This document shows, piece after piece, positions 1 to 12,409 of a stretch of 64,000 nt of DNA. This DNA comes from Heterodontus francisci. Taxonomy: Eukaryota. The position numbers and the translations under genes are program-made. The notes below the pieces were generated by a model. That model was given only the letters and a program-made list of their open reading frames with translations. It ran no database searches and was not told where the DNA came from. Location: NCBI RefSeq assembly GCF_036365525.1, contig NC_090390.1, positions 86,208,252 through 86,272,251 on the forward strand, in the 5' to 3' direction. How positions within the stretch are numbered: position 1 is the stretch's first letter; each line of letters opens with the position of its first letter.

Positions 1-3000
1 GGAAGTGTGTCCAGCTGCAGCTCCTGGAAGCTCGGGTTTCAGAGCTGGAATGGCGGCTGGAAACACTGTGGAGCATCCACGAGTCTGAGAGCATTGTGGA
101 TAGCACGTTTAGAGAGGTAGTCACACCGCAGCTCAAGGGACTTGAGGAAGGAAAGGAATGGGTCACCACCAGGCAGTCCAAGAGAATCAGACAGGTAGTT
201 CAGGAGTCCCCTGGGGTCCCGCATGCAAATCGGTATTCCATTTTGGAGGCTGATGAGGCTGGTTCCTCCAGGGCGTGCGGACACAGCCAAGCTTCTGGCA
301 CCGCAAGCAGCCTGTCTGCACAGGAAGGGGGAAGAGAGGAAGAGCAATAGTAATAGGGGATTCTATAGTCAGGGGAACAGATAGGCATTACTGTGGCCGT
401 CAACGTGACTCCAGGATGGTGTGTTGCCTCCCTGGTGCCAGAGTCCGGGATGTCACTGAACGGCTGCAGGGCATCCTGAAGGGGGAGGGTGATAAGGCAG
501 AGGTCATGGTACATGTTGGTACCAATGACATAGGTAGAAAGAGGGATGAGGTCTTGCATCAAGAATTCAGGGAGTTAGGCAGTAGACTAAAAAGCAGGAC
601 CTCTTGGGTTGTAATTTCTGGATTACTCCCAGTGCCACGTTCTAGCAAGTATAGAAACAGGAGAATAGCACAGATGAATGTGTGGCTTAAGAGTTGGTGC
701 AGGAGGGAGGGTTTTAGATTCCTGGACCATTGGGACCGTTTCAGGGGAAGGTGGGATCTGTACAAGCGGGACGGTCTACATCTGAACCAGAGGAGGACTA
801 ACATCCTTGCTGGCGGGTTTGCTAGTGCTGTTGGGAGGAGTTTAAACTAACTTGCAGACTCCTAGCAGAATAGGGACACAGCTAAACACAGGAAAGCAAA
901 CACGTCAGAGGGAATACAGCGGAAGTAAGTTTCAAGGGAGTAAGACCAGGATGGAAGGCCTCTACTTTAATGCCAGGAGTATTGCAGGTAAAACGGATGA
1001 GTTAAGGGTAATGATTGACACGTGGAATTGTGATATAGTAGCCATCACGGAGACATGGTTGAGGGAGGGGCAGGATTGGCAGCTCAATATCCAGGGATAT
1101 AGAATCTTCAGGCGAGACAGAGGAGGGGGTAAAAGAGGAGGGGGTAAAAGAGGAGGGGGTAAAAGAGGAGGGGGTAAAAGAGGAGGGAGCATTGCAATAT
1201 TAGTTAAGGAGTCAGTTACTGCAGTAAGGAGAGATGATATCTTGGAGGGGGCATCAAATGAAGCTATATGGGTAGAGCTTAGGAATAAAAAAGGGACAGC
1301 CACATTGCTAGGTGTTTATTATAGACCCCCAGATCGTCAGCGGGAAATTGAGGAGCAAATATGTGCGCAATTTGCAGAGGTGTGTAAAAATAATAGGGTA
1401 ATTATATTAGGTGATTTCAACTTTCCCAACATTAATTGGGATAGTCATCGTGTTAAGGGCTTAGATGGAGTGGAGTTCTTAAAATGTATACAGGAGAACT
1501 TTTTAGCACCATATGTAGAGGATCCAACAAGGGAGAGTGCAGTGCTGGACCTAATTCTGGGGAATGAAGCCAGACAGGTGGTTGATGTGTTGGTGGGAGA
1601 GTATTTTGGTGATAGCGACCACAACATGGTACAATTTAAGCTTGTTACGGAGAAAGAAATAGACAAGTTGCAAAAAAAGGTTTTGGATTGGGGGAGAGCG
1701 AATTTTAGTAAAATAAGGCAGGATCTGGCCAAGGTGGACTGGAAAGAGTTACTTGTCGGGAAATCTACAGAAGAACAGTGGGGGGCATTCAAAAAGGAAA
1801 TGGGGAGGGTACAGGGCCAACATGTTCCCTCTAGGGTAATAGTTAGGAGCAACAAGCCCAGAGAACCATGGATGACCAGAAACATTCATGGTACGATGAG
1901 AAGGAAAAGAGAGGCTTCTAGAAAATACAAGGAGAGCAAATCAATGGAAGCATTAGTGGAATACAGAAAGTGTAGGATGGAGCTTAAGAAAGCAATTAGG
2001 AGAGCAAAGAGGGGATATGAGAAAGCTGTGACTGGTAAAAGTAGGGAAAATCCCAAGATATTCAATAAGTATATCAATGGGAAGAGGATAACCAGGGAAA
2101 GAATAGGACCCATTAGGGACCAAGGGGGAAATTTGTGGGTGGAGCCAGAGGACGTTGTTAGGGTGTTGATCGAATACTTCACATCTGTCTTCACCCAAGA
2201 GAATGAGAATGTAGATATGGAACTTAGAGAGACTGTGAGGTTCTTGAGCAAATAGTCATAGGGAGTGACAAGGTATTGAAGGTTTTGGCAGGCTTAAAAG
2301 TGGACAAATCTCCAGGTCCGGACTATTTGTGTCCCAGGATGCTGTGGGAGGCGAGGGTGGAGATTGCAGGAATTCTGACCCTAATTTTTAATTCCTCTCT
2401 GGCCATGGGGGAGGTGCCAGAGGACTGGAGAACAGCTAATGTGGTCCCACTATTTAAGAAAGGTTGTAGATATAAGCCAGGGAACTACAGACCAGTGAGT
2501 CTCACGTCAGTGGTAGGGAAACTATTGGAGAAAATTCTGAAGGAGAGAATCTATCACCACTTGGAGAGGCAAAATTTGATTAGGAATAGTCAGCATAGCT
2601 TTGTCAGAGGGAAGTCACGCCTAACAAATTTGACTGAATTTTTTGAGCATGTGACCAGGTGTGTAGATGAGGGCAGTGCAGTTGATGTCGTTTACATGGA
2701 TTCCAGCAAAGCCTTTGACAAGGTCCCACATGGGAGACTTATCAAGAAAGCAAATGCACATGAGATACAAGGTAACTTGATAAGGTGGATTCAAAATTGG
2801 CTTAGCTGTAGGAGACAGAGTGATGACAGACGGTTATTTTAGTGACTGGAAGCCAGAGTCCGGTGGCATACCACAGGGATCTGTGCTGGGTCCCCTATTG
2901 TTTGTCATTTATATAAACTACATAGATGACTATGTGGGGGGTAGGATCAGTAAGTTCACGGATGACACAAAGATTGGCCAAGTGGTTAACAGTGAGGTGG

Positions 3001-3878
3001 AGTGTCTTAGGTTACAGGAAGATATAGACGGGATGGTCAAATGGGCAGAAAAGTGGCAGATGGAATTTAATGCTGAAAAGTGTGAGGTGATGCACTTTGG
3101 AAGGAGTAATGTGACACGGAAGTATTCAATGAATGGCCTGACACTGGGAAGTTCCGTGGAACAAAGGGACCTTGGCGTGTTTGTCCATAGATCTCTGAAG
3201 GCAGAAGGGCAGGTTAATAGGGTGGTGAAAAAGGCACATGGGACACTTGCCTTTATCAATCGAGGCATAATTACAAAAGCAGGGAGGTCATGTTGGAGTT
3301 GTACAGAACTTTGGTAAGGCCACAGCTGGAGTACTGTGTGCAATTCTGGTCGCCACATTATAGGAAGGATGTGATTGCATTGGAGGGGGTGCAGAGGCGA
3401 TTCACTAGGATGGTGCCTGGGATGGAACATTTAAGCTATGAAGAGAGGTTGGATAGGCTTGGGTTGTTTTCACTGGAGCAGAGAAGACTGAGGTGACCTG
3501 ATCGAGGTGTACAAGATTGAGGGGCATGGACAGGGTGGATAGGGAGCAGCTGTTCCCCTTAGTTGAAGGGTCAGTTACGAGGGGTCACAAGTTTACGATG
3601 AGGGGCGGGAGGTTGAAGGGGGATTTGAGGAAGAACATTTTTACCCAGAGGTTGGTGACGGTCTGGAATGCCCTGCCTGGGAGGGTGTTAGAGGCTGGTT
3701 GCCTCACATCCTTTAAAAAGTACCTGATGAGTACTTGGCACGTCATAACATTCAAGGCTATGGGCCAAGTGCTGGCAAATGGGATTAGGTAGACAGATCA
3801 GGTGTTTTAATGCATCGGTGCAGACTCGATGGGCCGAAGGGCCTCTTCTGCACTGTATTATTCTGTGATTCTGTGATT
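1..3878 (+). mobile_element. CR1-clade LINE, near full length, degenerate (ORF1 coiled-coil plus SGNH/GDSL esterase, about 1-850; ORF2 APE endonuclease plus RT, about 951-3790, frameshifted)
   Basis: ORF1 esterase blocks IVIGDSIVRG, VHVGTND, DGLHLN; EN motifs YFNARS, AITETWL, GDFNFP, SDHN; RT motifs KSPGPD, GIPQGSVLGP, KFTDDTK; short-repeat tail TTCTGTGATTCTGTGATT at about 3861-3878. Confidence 0.95.
1119..1187 (+). repeat. 15-bp tandem repeat (AGAGGAGGGGGTAAA)x4.5 inside the CR1 endonuclease
   Basis: Read directly; encodes (RGGGK)x4 in frame. Confidence 0.95.
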
Positions 3879-4089
3879 ATTGCTCATCCCTCGCTCCACC
3901 TCTCCAATGCTGGATTATTACTCATCCCTCGCTCTACTCCGGCACCGGATTACTGTTCATCCCTTGCTCCACTTCTCCGACATTGGATTACTGCTCATCC
4001 CTCACTCCACCTCTCCAACACTGGATTATTGCGCATCCCTTGCTCCGCCCCTCCAACACTGGATTATTACTCATCCCTCGCTCCACTCT
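3875..4089. repeat. About 38-bp minisatellite, 5-6 diverged copies
   Basis: Unit approximately GGATTACTGCTCATCCCTCGCTCCACCTCTCCAACACT, starting at the CR1 tail. Confidence 0.85.
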
Positions 4090-4984
4090 TGGCTGTTTCA
4101 TCAGTCCCTGCTCTTTGGCACCCTCTCTCTCTTCCCCCCCCTCTTGCTCATGATCTCACTTCCTTCCGTTAGAAGCTTCTTAACTTCTACCTCCTTGATC
4201 ATGCCTTTTAATTTCTCTCACCTCTTGTAAGTGCTCCTAAATATTCAACCCTCAATATATTAATGCAGGAATTTTGCAGCTAAGCAACTCATTGTAACTG
4301 TACTGTGAGGTGGCTGAAAGAAACTTGACAGTTTCAGTCAAATCTAGCTAATCCATTTGACAGTATAATCCTGTTAATTCCTTTCTCAATTCCTTATAGC
4401 CTCAACAGGGTCCCAGACATTGCTGTGAGTAATCCTATCACCGAACAATGGGCTTTACTCCCCTCAAACAGACTACTGTTGGGTCTTCTGATTGATTTGT
4501 GAGCTGAAGCTGGTGTTCACTCACTCCAATCCGGGATAGGAGGCATATTCCCTATTTATTCTGCACAGCCAAGCAGGAAGGACAGACTGCACCTCACCTC
4601 CCACCACCCCGCTCCCCCATGGAGACACTCCTTGGGGTTGATACTCTGTGGCGGGTGTCCCGGTTTTGAGCTGCTTGCTGTTCCCGTGACAACTGTTTGG
4701 GGCAGCTGTGCATGTGTGGGTGTGCTAAGCAGGACCTGCCAATCAGTTTGCCCTGGGGAGTAGGGCAAACTGCAGTCCTGTGTGCGTCATTATTATATGC
4801 CACCTTTTAACTGTGTGGACAGATTCCTTTATTGCTTCATCCATGTAAAATACTCCTAGGTTTCCAACCAAGTTCTATTAAAACCCTGGGATTCTGAGCG
4901 TTTTTTCTGTTTGTCTTGATGCCACCTGTTCTGTGGCAGGGATCAGTACATTTCCTTAAACTGCACAAGTGTCTATACTTCAAC

Positions 4985-5612
4985 GACAAAAACCTGCACT
5001 TATATAGCACCCTTTCTTTTGGGCCTCCTTATCTCGAGAGACAATGGATACGCGCCTGGAGGTGGTCAGGTATAGCACCCTTAACATAGCAAAAGGTCCC
5101 CAGGTGCTTCACAGGAGCACTATCAAACACAATTTGACACTGAGCTACAAAGAGATATTAGGACAGGTGCTTGGTCAAAGATAGGTTTTAAGGAATGTCT
5201 TGAGGAGGAAAGGGAGAGAGGTTTAGGGAGGGAATTCCAGAGCTTAGGGTCCAGGCAACTGAAGGCACGGCCACCAATGGCGGAGCAATTAAAATTGGAG
5301 ATGCTCAAAAGGTCAGAATTAGAGGCGCACAGATACCTTAGAGGATTATGGGTCTGGAGGAAATTACTGAGATAGGGAGGGGTGAGGACATGAAGGGATT
5401 TGAAAACAAGGATGAGAATTTTAAAATTGAGGTGTTGCTGGACTGGAAGCCAGCAAGGACAGGATGATGGATGAATGGGACGTGGACGGGTTAGGGCATG
5501 GGCAGCAGAGTTCTGGATGACCTCAAGCTTATGTAGGATGGAAGATGGGAGGCTGGCCAGGAAAGCACTAGAATAGTCAAGTTTAGAGGTAACAAAGGCA
5601 TAGATCAAAGAT
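4985..5612 (-). mobile_element. L2-clade LINE 3' fragment
   Basis: ORF 5123-5608 AFVTSKLDYSS..LEVIQNSAA..AFSCLDPKLWNSLP resembles the L2 ORF2 C-terminus; tail GCTATATAAGTGCAGGTT. Confidence 0.8.
5015..5070 (-). mobile_element. 56-bp retroelement 3' stub, probably RTE-type, with 12-bp target-site duplication
   Basis: TATAGCACCCTT at 5003-5014 and 5071-5082 flanks the insert; family call is from resemblance only. Confidence 0.6.
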
Positions 5613-5644
5613 TGGTTGCAGCACAGAAGGAGGCCATTCGGCCT

Positions 5645-7921
5645 TTCTTTAATTCATTCATGGAATGTGGGCGTCGCTGACCAGGCCAGCATTTATTGCC
5701 CATCCCTAATTGCCCTTGAGAAGGTGGTGGTGAGCTGCCTTCTTGAACCGCTGCAGTCCATGTGGGCTAGGTACACCTACAGTGCTGTTAGGAAGGGAGT
5801 TCCAGGATTTTGACCCAGCGACAGTGAAGGAATGGCGATATAGTTCCAAATCAGGATGGTGTGTGATTTGGAGGGGAACTTGCAGGTGGTGGTGTTCCCA
5901 TGCATTTGCTGCCCTTGTCCTTCTAGTTGGTAGAGGTCGCGGGTTTGGAAGGTGCTGACTAAGGAGCCTTGGTGCATTGCTGCAGTGCATCTTGTAGATG
6001 GTACACACTGCTGCCACTGTGTCGGTGGTGGAGGGACTGAAGGTTTGTAGATGCGGTTCCAATCAAGCGGGCTGCTTTGTCCTGGATGGTTTCGAGCTTC
6101 TTGAGTGTTGTTGGAGCTGCACCCATCCAGGCAAGTGGAGAGTATTCCATCACACTCCTGACTTGTACGTTGTAGATGGTGGACAGGCTTTGTGGAGCCA
6201 GGCGATGAGTTACTCACCGCAGGATTCCTAGCCTCTGTAGCCACGGTATTTATATGGTTACTCCAGTTCAGTTTCTGGTCAATAGCAGTCCCTAGGATGT
6301 TGATAATGGGGGATTCAGCGATGGTAATGCCGTTGAATGTCAAGGGGCGATGGTTAGATTCTCTCTTGTTGGAGATGGTCATTGCCTGGCACTTGTGTGG
6401 TGCGACTGTTACTTGCCACTTATCAGCCCAAGCCTGGATATTGTCCAGGTATTGCTGCATTTCTACACGGACTGCTTCAGTATCTGAGGAGTCACGAACA
6501 GTGCTGAACATTGTGCAATCATCAGCAAACATCCCCACTTTTGACCTTATGATTGAAGGAAGGTCACTGATGAAGCAGCTGAAGATGGTTGGGCCTAGGA
6601 CACTACCCTGAGGAACTCCTGCAGTGATGTCCTGGAGCTCAGATGATTGACCTCCAACAGCCACAACCTTTGCACTAGGTATGACTCCAACCAGCGGAGA
6701 GTTTTCCCCCGATTCCCATTGACCTCAGTTTTGCTAGGGCTCCTTGATGCCATACTCCATCAAATGCTGTCTTGATGTCAAGGGCAGTCACTCTCACCTC
6801 ACCTCGAGTTCAGCTCTTTTGTCCATGTTTGAACCAAGGCTGTAATGAGGTCAGGAACTGAGCGGCCCTGGCAGAACTCAAACTGAGCATCACTGAGCAG
6901 GTTATTGCTAAGCAAGTGCCACTTGATGGCACTGTTGATGACACCTTCCATCACTTTACTGATGATTGAGAGTAGACTGATGGGGCGGTAATTGGCTGCG
7001 TTGGATTGGTCCTGTTTTTTGTGTACAGGACATACTTGGGCAATTTTCCACATTTCTGGGTAGATGCCAGTGTTGTAGCTGTACTGGAGCAGCTTGGCTA
7101 GGGGCGCGCCAAGTTCTGGAGCACAGGTCTTCAGTACTATTGTCGGAATATTGTTAGGGCCCATAGCCTTTGCAGTATCCAGTGCCTTCAGTCGTTTCTT
7201 GATATCACGCGGAGTGAATCGAATTGACTGAAGTCTGGCATCTGTGATGCTGGGGACCTCAGGAGGAGGCCGAGATGGATCATCAACCCAGCACTTCTGA
7301 CTGAAGATTGTTGCAAATGCTTCAGTCTTATCTTTCGCACTGATGTGCTGGGCTCCCCCATCATTGAGGATGGGGATATTTGTGGAGCCACCTCCTCCAG
7401 TTAGTTGTTTAATTGTCCACCACCATTCATGGCTGGATGTGGCAGGACTGCAGGGCTTAGATCTGATCCGTTGGTTATGGGATCGCTTAACTCTGTCTAT
7501 CGCATGCTGCTTATGCAGTTTGGCACGCAATAGTCCTGTGTTGTAGCTTCACCAGGCTGACACCTCATTTTGAGGTATGCCTGGTGCTGCTCCTGGCATG
7601 CCCTCCTGCACTCTTCATTGAACCAGGGTTGGTCTCCTGGCTTGATGGTAATGGTAGAGTGGGGGATATGCCGGGCCATGAGGTTATAAGATTGTATTTG
7701 AGTACAATTCTGCTGCTGCTGATGGCCCACAGCGCCTCATGGATGCTCAGTTTTGCATTGCTAGATCTGTTCCAAATGTATCCCATTTAGCACGGTGGTA
7801 GTGCCACACAACATGATGGACGGTATCCTCAATGTGAAGGCAGGACTTCGTCTCCACAAGGACTGTGTAGTGGTCACTCCTACAAATACTGTCATGGACA
7901 GATGCAAGTGTGGCAGGCAAA
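5645..7921 (-). mobile_element. Non-LTR retrotransposon family B (CR1/L2-group, single ORF), end of EN through RT to 3' tail
   Basis: SDHYTV, KAMGPNNIP, NYRPISLLS, GVPQGSVLGP, MFADDC; tail GGGCAATAAATGCTGGCC..CCCACATTCCATGAATGAATT. Confidence 0.9.
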
Positions 7922-9525
7922 TTGGTATACAGTAGGGAGGGAGTTACCCTGGGAGTCCTCAACATTGACTCCGGACCCCATGACGTCTCATGGCATCACG
8001 TCAAACATGGGCAAGGTAACCTCCTACTGATTACCACCTACCACCCTCCCTCAGCTGATGACTCAGTACTCCTACATGTTGAACACCACTTGGAGGAAGC
8101 ACTGAGGGTGGCAAGGGCACAAAATGCACTCTGGGTGGGGAACTTCAATGTCCATCACCAAGAGTGGCTCGGTAGCACCACTACTGACTGAGCTGGCCAA
8201 GTCCTAAAGGACATAGCTGCTAGACTGGGTCTGCGGCAGGTGGTGAGGGAACCAACACGAGGGAAAAACATACTTGACCTCGTCCTCACCAATCTGCCTG
8301 CTGCACATGCTTCTGTCCATGACTGTATTGGTAAGATGAACTAAAGAGGTGAGGTGAGAGTGACTGCCCTTGACATCAAGGCAGCATTTGACCGAGTATG
8401 GCATCAAGGAGCACTAGCAAAACTGAGGTCAATGAGAATCAGGGGGAAAACCCTCCGCTGGATGGATTCATACCTAGCGCAAAGGAAGATGGTTGCGGTT
8501 GTTGGAGGTCAATCATCTGAGCTCCTGGACATCACTGCAGGAGTTCCTCAGGGTAGTGTCTTCGGCCCAACCATCTTCAGCTGCTTCATCAATGACCTAC
8601 TTTCAATCATGTCAGAAATGGGGATGCTCGCTGATGATTGCACAATGTTCAGCACCATTTTTGGCTCCTCAGATACTGAAGCAGTCCGTGTAGAAATGCC
8701 GCAAGACCTGGACAATATTCAGGCTTGGATTGATAAGTGACAAGTAACATTCGCGCCACACAAGTGCCAGGCAATGACCATCTCCAACAAGAGAGAATCT
8801 AACCATCTCCCCTTGACATTCAATGGCATTACTATCGCTGAATCGCCCACTATCAACATCCTAGGGGCTACCACTGACCAGAAACTGAACTGGAGTAACC
8901 ATATAAATACCGTGGCTACAAGAGCAGGTCAGAGGCTAGGAATCCTGAGGCGAGTAACTCACCTCCTGACTCCCCAAAGCCTGTCAACCATCTACAAGGC
9001 ACAAGTCAGAAGTGTGATGGAATACTCTCCACTTGCCTGGATGGGTGCAACTCCAACAACACAAGAAGCTCGACACCATCCAGGACAAAGCAGCCTGCTT
9101 GACTGGCACCCCATCTACAAACATTCACTCCCTCCACCACCGACACACAATGGCAGCAGTGTGTACCATCTACAAGACGCACTGCAGCAATGCACCAAGG
9201 CTCCTTAGACAGCACCTTCCAAACCCGCGACCTCTACCAACTAGAAGGACAAGGGCAGCAAATGCATGGGAACACCACCACCTGCAAGTTCCCCTCCAAG
9301 TCACACACCATCCTGACTTGGAACTATATCGCCGTTCCTTCACTGTCGCTGGGTCAAACTCCTGGAACTCCCTTCCTAACAGCACTGTGGGTATACCTAC
9401 CCCACATGGACTGCAGCGGTTCAAGAAGGCAGCTCACCAACACCTTCTCAAGGGCAATTAGGGATGGGCAATAAATGCTGGCCTGGCCAGCGACCCCCAC
9501 ATCCCTGAATGAATAAAAAAAAAAA
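7922..9525 (+). mobile_element. Family B LINE sequence in opposite orientation: EN segment 7922-8335 joined to RT/3' segment 8336-9525
   Basis: VYSREG..WVGNFNVHH..; ALDIKAAFDRVWH, GVPQGS, LADDC; A-rich tail at about 9510-9525. Confidence 0.9.
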
Positions 9526-9526
9526 T

Positions 9527-11735
9527 CTACGGAACTGAAGTTCCTCATCCTTGGAACCATTCTTGTGAAGCTTTTCTGCACCCTCATCCTTCTGAAAGTG
9601 TGGTGCCCAGAACTGGACACAATACACCAGTTGAGGCCAAACCAGTGTTTTATACAGGTTTATCATAACTTCCTTGTACTTCTACTCTTACGCCCCTATT
9701 TACAAAGCCCAGGATCCCGTATGCTTTATCAACCACTTTCTCAAACTGCCCTGCAAATTTCAATGATTTGTGCACATATACCCCCAGGTCCCTCTGCTCC
9801 TGCAACCCCTTTCCAATTGTACCCTTTAAATTTATATTCCCTCTCCTCATTCTTCGTGCCAAAATGAATCACTTCACACTTCTCTGCATTAAATTTCATC
9901 TGCCACTTGTCCACCCATTCCACCAGCCATGTCCTCTTGAAGTTTATCACTATCCTCCTTACAGTTTATAATAGTAGCAAGTTTTGTGTCATCTGCAAAT
10001 TTTGAAATTGTGCCCTGCACACCCATGTCTAGGTCATTAATAAACATCAAGAAAAGCAGGGATTCTAACACCGATCCCTGGGAAACCCCACTATTTTACC
10101 TTCCTCCAGTCCGAAAAACAACCATTCACCACGACTCTATATCCTGTCACTCAGCCAATTTCGTATCCATGCCACTACTGTCCCTTTTATTTCATGGGCT
10201 CTAACTTTGCTGAGAAGCCTGTTATGTGATCAAATGCCTTTTGGAACTCCAGGTATACCACATCAACTGCATTACACACATCAAGCCTCTCTGTTACCTC
10301 AGCAAAAAATCAAACAAGTTAGTTAAACATAATTTGCCTTTCACAAACCCTACTGGCTTTCCTTAATTAATCCACATTTGTCCAAGTAACTGTTAATTTT
10401 GTTCCAGATTATCTTTTCTAAAAGCTTTCCCACTACCAAGATTAAACTGACTGGCCTGTAGTTGCTGGCTTTATCCTTGCATCCTTTTTTCAGCAAGGGT
10501 GTAACATTTGCAATTTTTCAGTCCTCTGGCACTATCCCCATATCTAAGGAGGATTGGAAGATTATGGCCAGTGCCTCCACAATTTCTACCCTTACTTCAC
10601 TCTGTATCCTTGGATACATCCCATTCGGTCCTGGTGACTGAACAACTTTAAGTACAGCTAGCATATCTAACACCTCCTCTTTATCGACTTGAAACATTAA
10701 CTCTGTTTCTCTCCACAGATGCTGCCAGATCTGAGTATTTCCAGCCTTTTCTCTGTTTTTATTTCAGATTTCCAGCATTTGCAGTATTTTGCTTTTGATT
10801 CCAATTTACCTGGGTCAGATCTGTTCTCACCCCATTGAAATTGACACTCCCCCAATTCATTATTTTTACTCTGGATTGCTCCTTGTCGTTTTCCATAGCT
10901 AACCTAAACCTCATGATACTATGATCACTATTCCCTAAATATTCTATGACTAACACTTGATTGACTTGACCCACCTCATTTCCCAGAACCAGGTCCAGCA
11001 ATGCCTCCTTCCTCATCGGACTGGAAATAGACTGATGTAGAAAATTCTTCTGAACATACTCTAGAACTCTTGCCCCTCTCTGCTCTTTACACTGTTACTA
11101 TCCCAGTCTATATTAGGATAATTAAAGCCCTCAATTATAACTACTCTATAATTTTTGCATCTCTCTAATTTCCTTGCAAATTTGTTTCTCTATATCTTTC
11201 CCACTAGTTGGTGGCCTATAGAATATACCCAAATAGTGTAATGGTACCTCTATTGTTTCTTAGCTCTAACCAAATAGATTCTGTCCTTGACCTCTCTAGG
11301 ACATCCTCTCTCTCTCTCTAGCACTGTAATGTTCCCCTTAATCAATACTGCCACCCCTCCTCCTTTTTTTCCTTCCCTATCTTTCATGAACACCTTGTAT
11401 CCAGGAATATTTAGTACCCAGACCTGCTCTTTCTTGAGCCAGGTCTTTGTATCACCACAACATCATATGTCCATGCGGCTATCTGCACCTGCAGCTCACC
11501 AATCTTATTTACCATACTATGTACATTCATAAACTAAACTAAACTAAACTAAAACTAAACATATACATGCACAGGAAACTTAATTTAGACCTTATTACAA
11601 TCCCTCTTACTCTGACCTCACCTAATGCCTTACTATTTCCTACTTTAGTGCTAGCTGTCTCTCCTAATTCTTTTGTGCACATTGGTTTTCCTCTCTAACA
11701 CTGCCTCCTGGTTCCCACACCCCTTCCAAGTTAGA
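9527..11735 (-). mobile_element. CR1 LINE ORF2, degenerate
   Basis: LDLVLGNE..SDHS, KFADDTK, QRDLGV, YCVQFWAPH fragments. Confidence 0.85.
10685..10797 (+). mobile_element. Penelope-like element terminal (pLTR) fragment, family P1
   Basis: GAAACATTAACTCTG..CCACAGATGCTGCCAGA..TTTCAGATTTCCAGCATTTGCAGTATTTTGCTTTT, homologous to copies at 15.1, 34.0-34.4 and 36.5 kb. Confidence 0.65.
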
Positions 11736-11741
11736 TTAAGT

Positions 11742-12375
11742 TAGCAAGAACATCCTTCCTCAGATAAGAAGACCAAAACTGCACACAATATTCCAGGTGT
11801 GGCCTCACCAAGGCCCTTTATAATTGCAGCAAGACATCCCTGCTCCTGTACTCGAATCCTCTTGCTATGAAGGCCAACATACCATTTGCCTTTTTTTACC
11901 ACCTGTTGCACCTGCATGCTTACCTTCTGCGACTGGTGTACATGAACACCCAGGTCTCGCTGCATATTCCCCTCTCTCAGTTTATAGCCGTTCAGATAAT
12001 AATCTGCCTTCCTGTTTTTGCTACCAAAGTGGATAACCTCACATTTATCCACATTATACTGCTTCTGCCATGCATTAGCCCACTCACTCAACTTGTCCAA
12101 ATCACCCTGAAGCCTCTCTGCATCCTCCTCACAACTCACCCTCCCACCCAGTTTTGTGTCATCTGCAAATTTGGAGATATTACATTTAGTTCCCTCATCT
12201 AAATCATTAATGTATATTGCGAATAGCTGGGGTCCTAGCACCGATCCCTGCGGTACCCCACTAGTCACTGCCTGCTATTCGGAAAAAGACCCATTAATCC
12301 TACTCTTTGTTTCCTGTCCACCAACCAATTTTCTATCCATCGCAATACTCTACCCCCAATCCCATGCGCTTTAAT
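11742..12375 (-). mobile_element. CR1 RT fragment
   Basis: ORF 11741-12268 GVPQGSVLGPQLF..KFADDTK. Confidence 0.9.
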
Positions 12376-12409
12376 TAATTATCCACGATTAATTAATTAA
12401 AATTAATTA

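Noticed and set aside
275-850. Host GDSL/SGNH esterase genes (also 38484-39110 and 43940-44371)
   Set aside because: These are ORF1 domains of CR1 elements, immediately upstream of EN-RT ORF2s.
11531-11560. (AAACT)n tract; also (TTAA)n at about 12370-12410 and (AG)n at about 37561-37583
   Set aside because: Ordinary microsatellites or retroelement-tail remnants.
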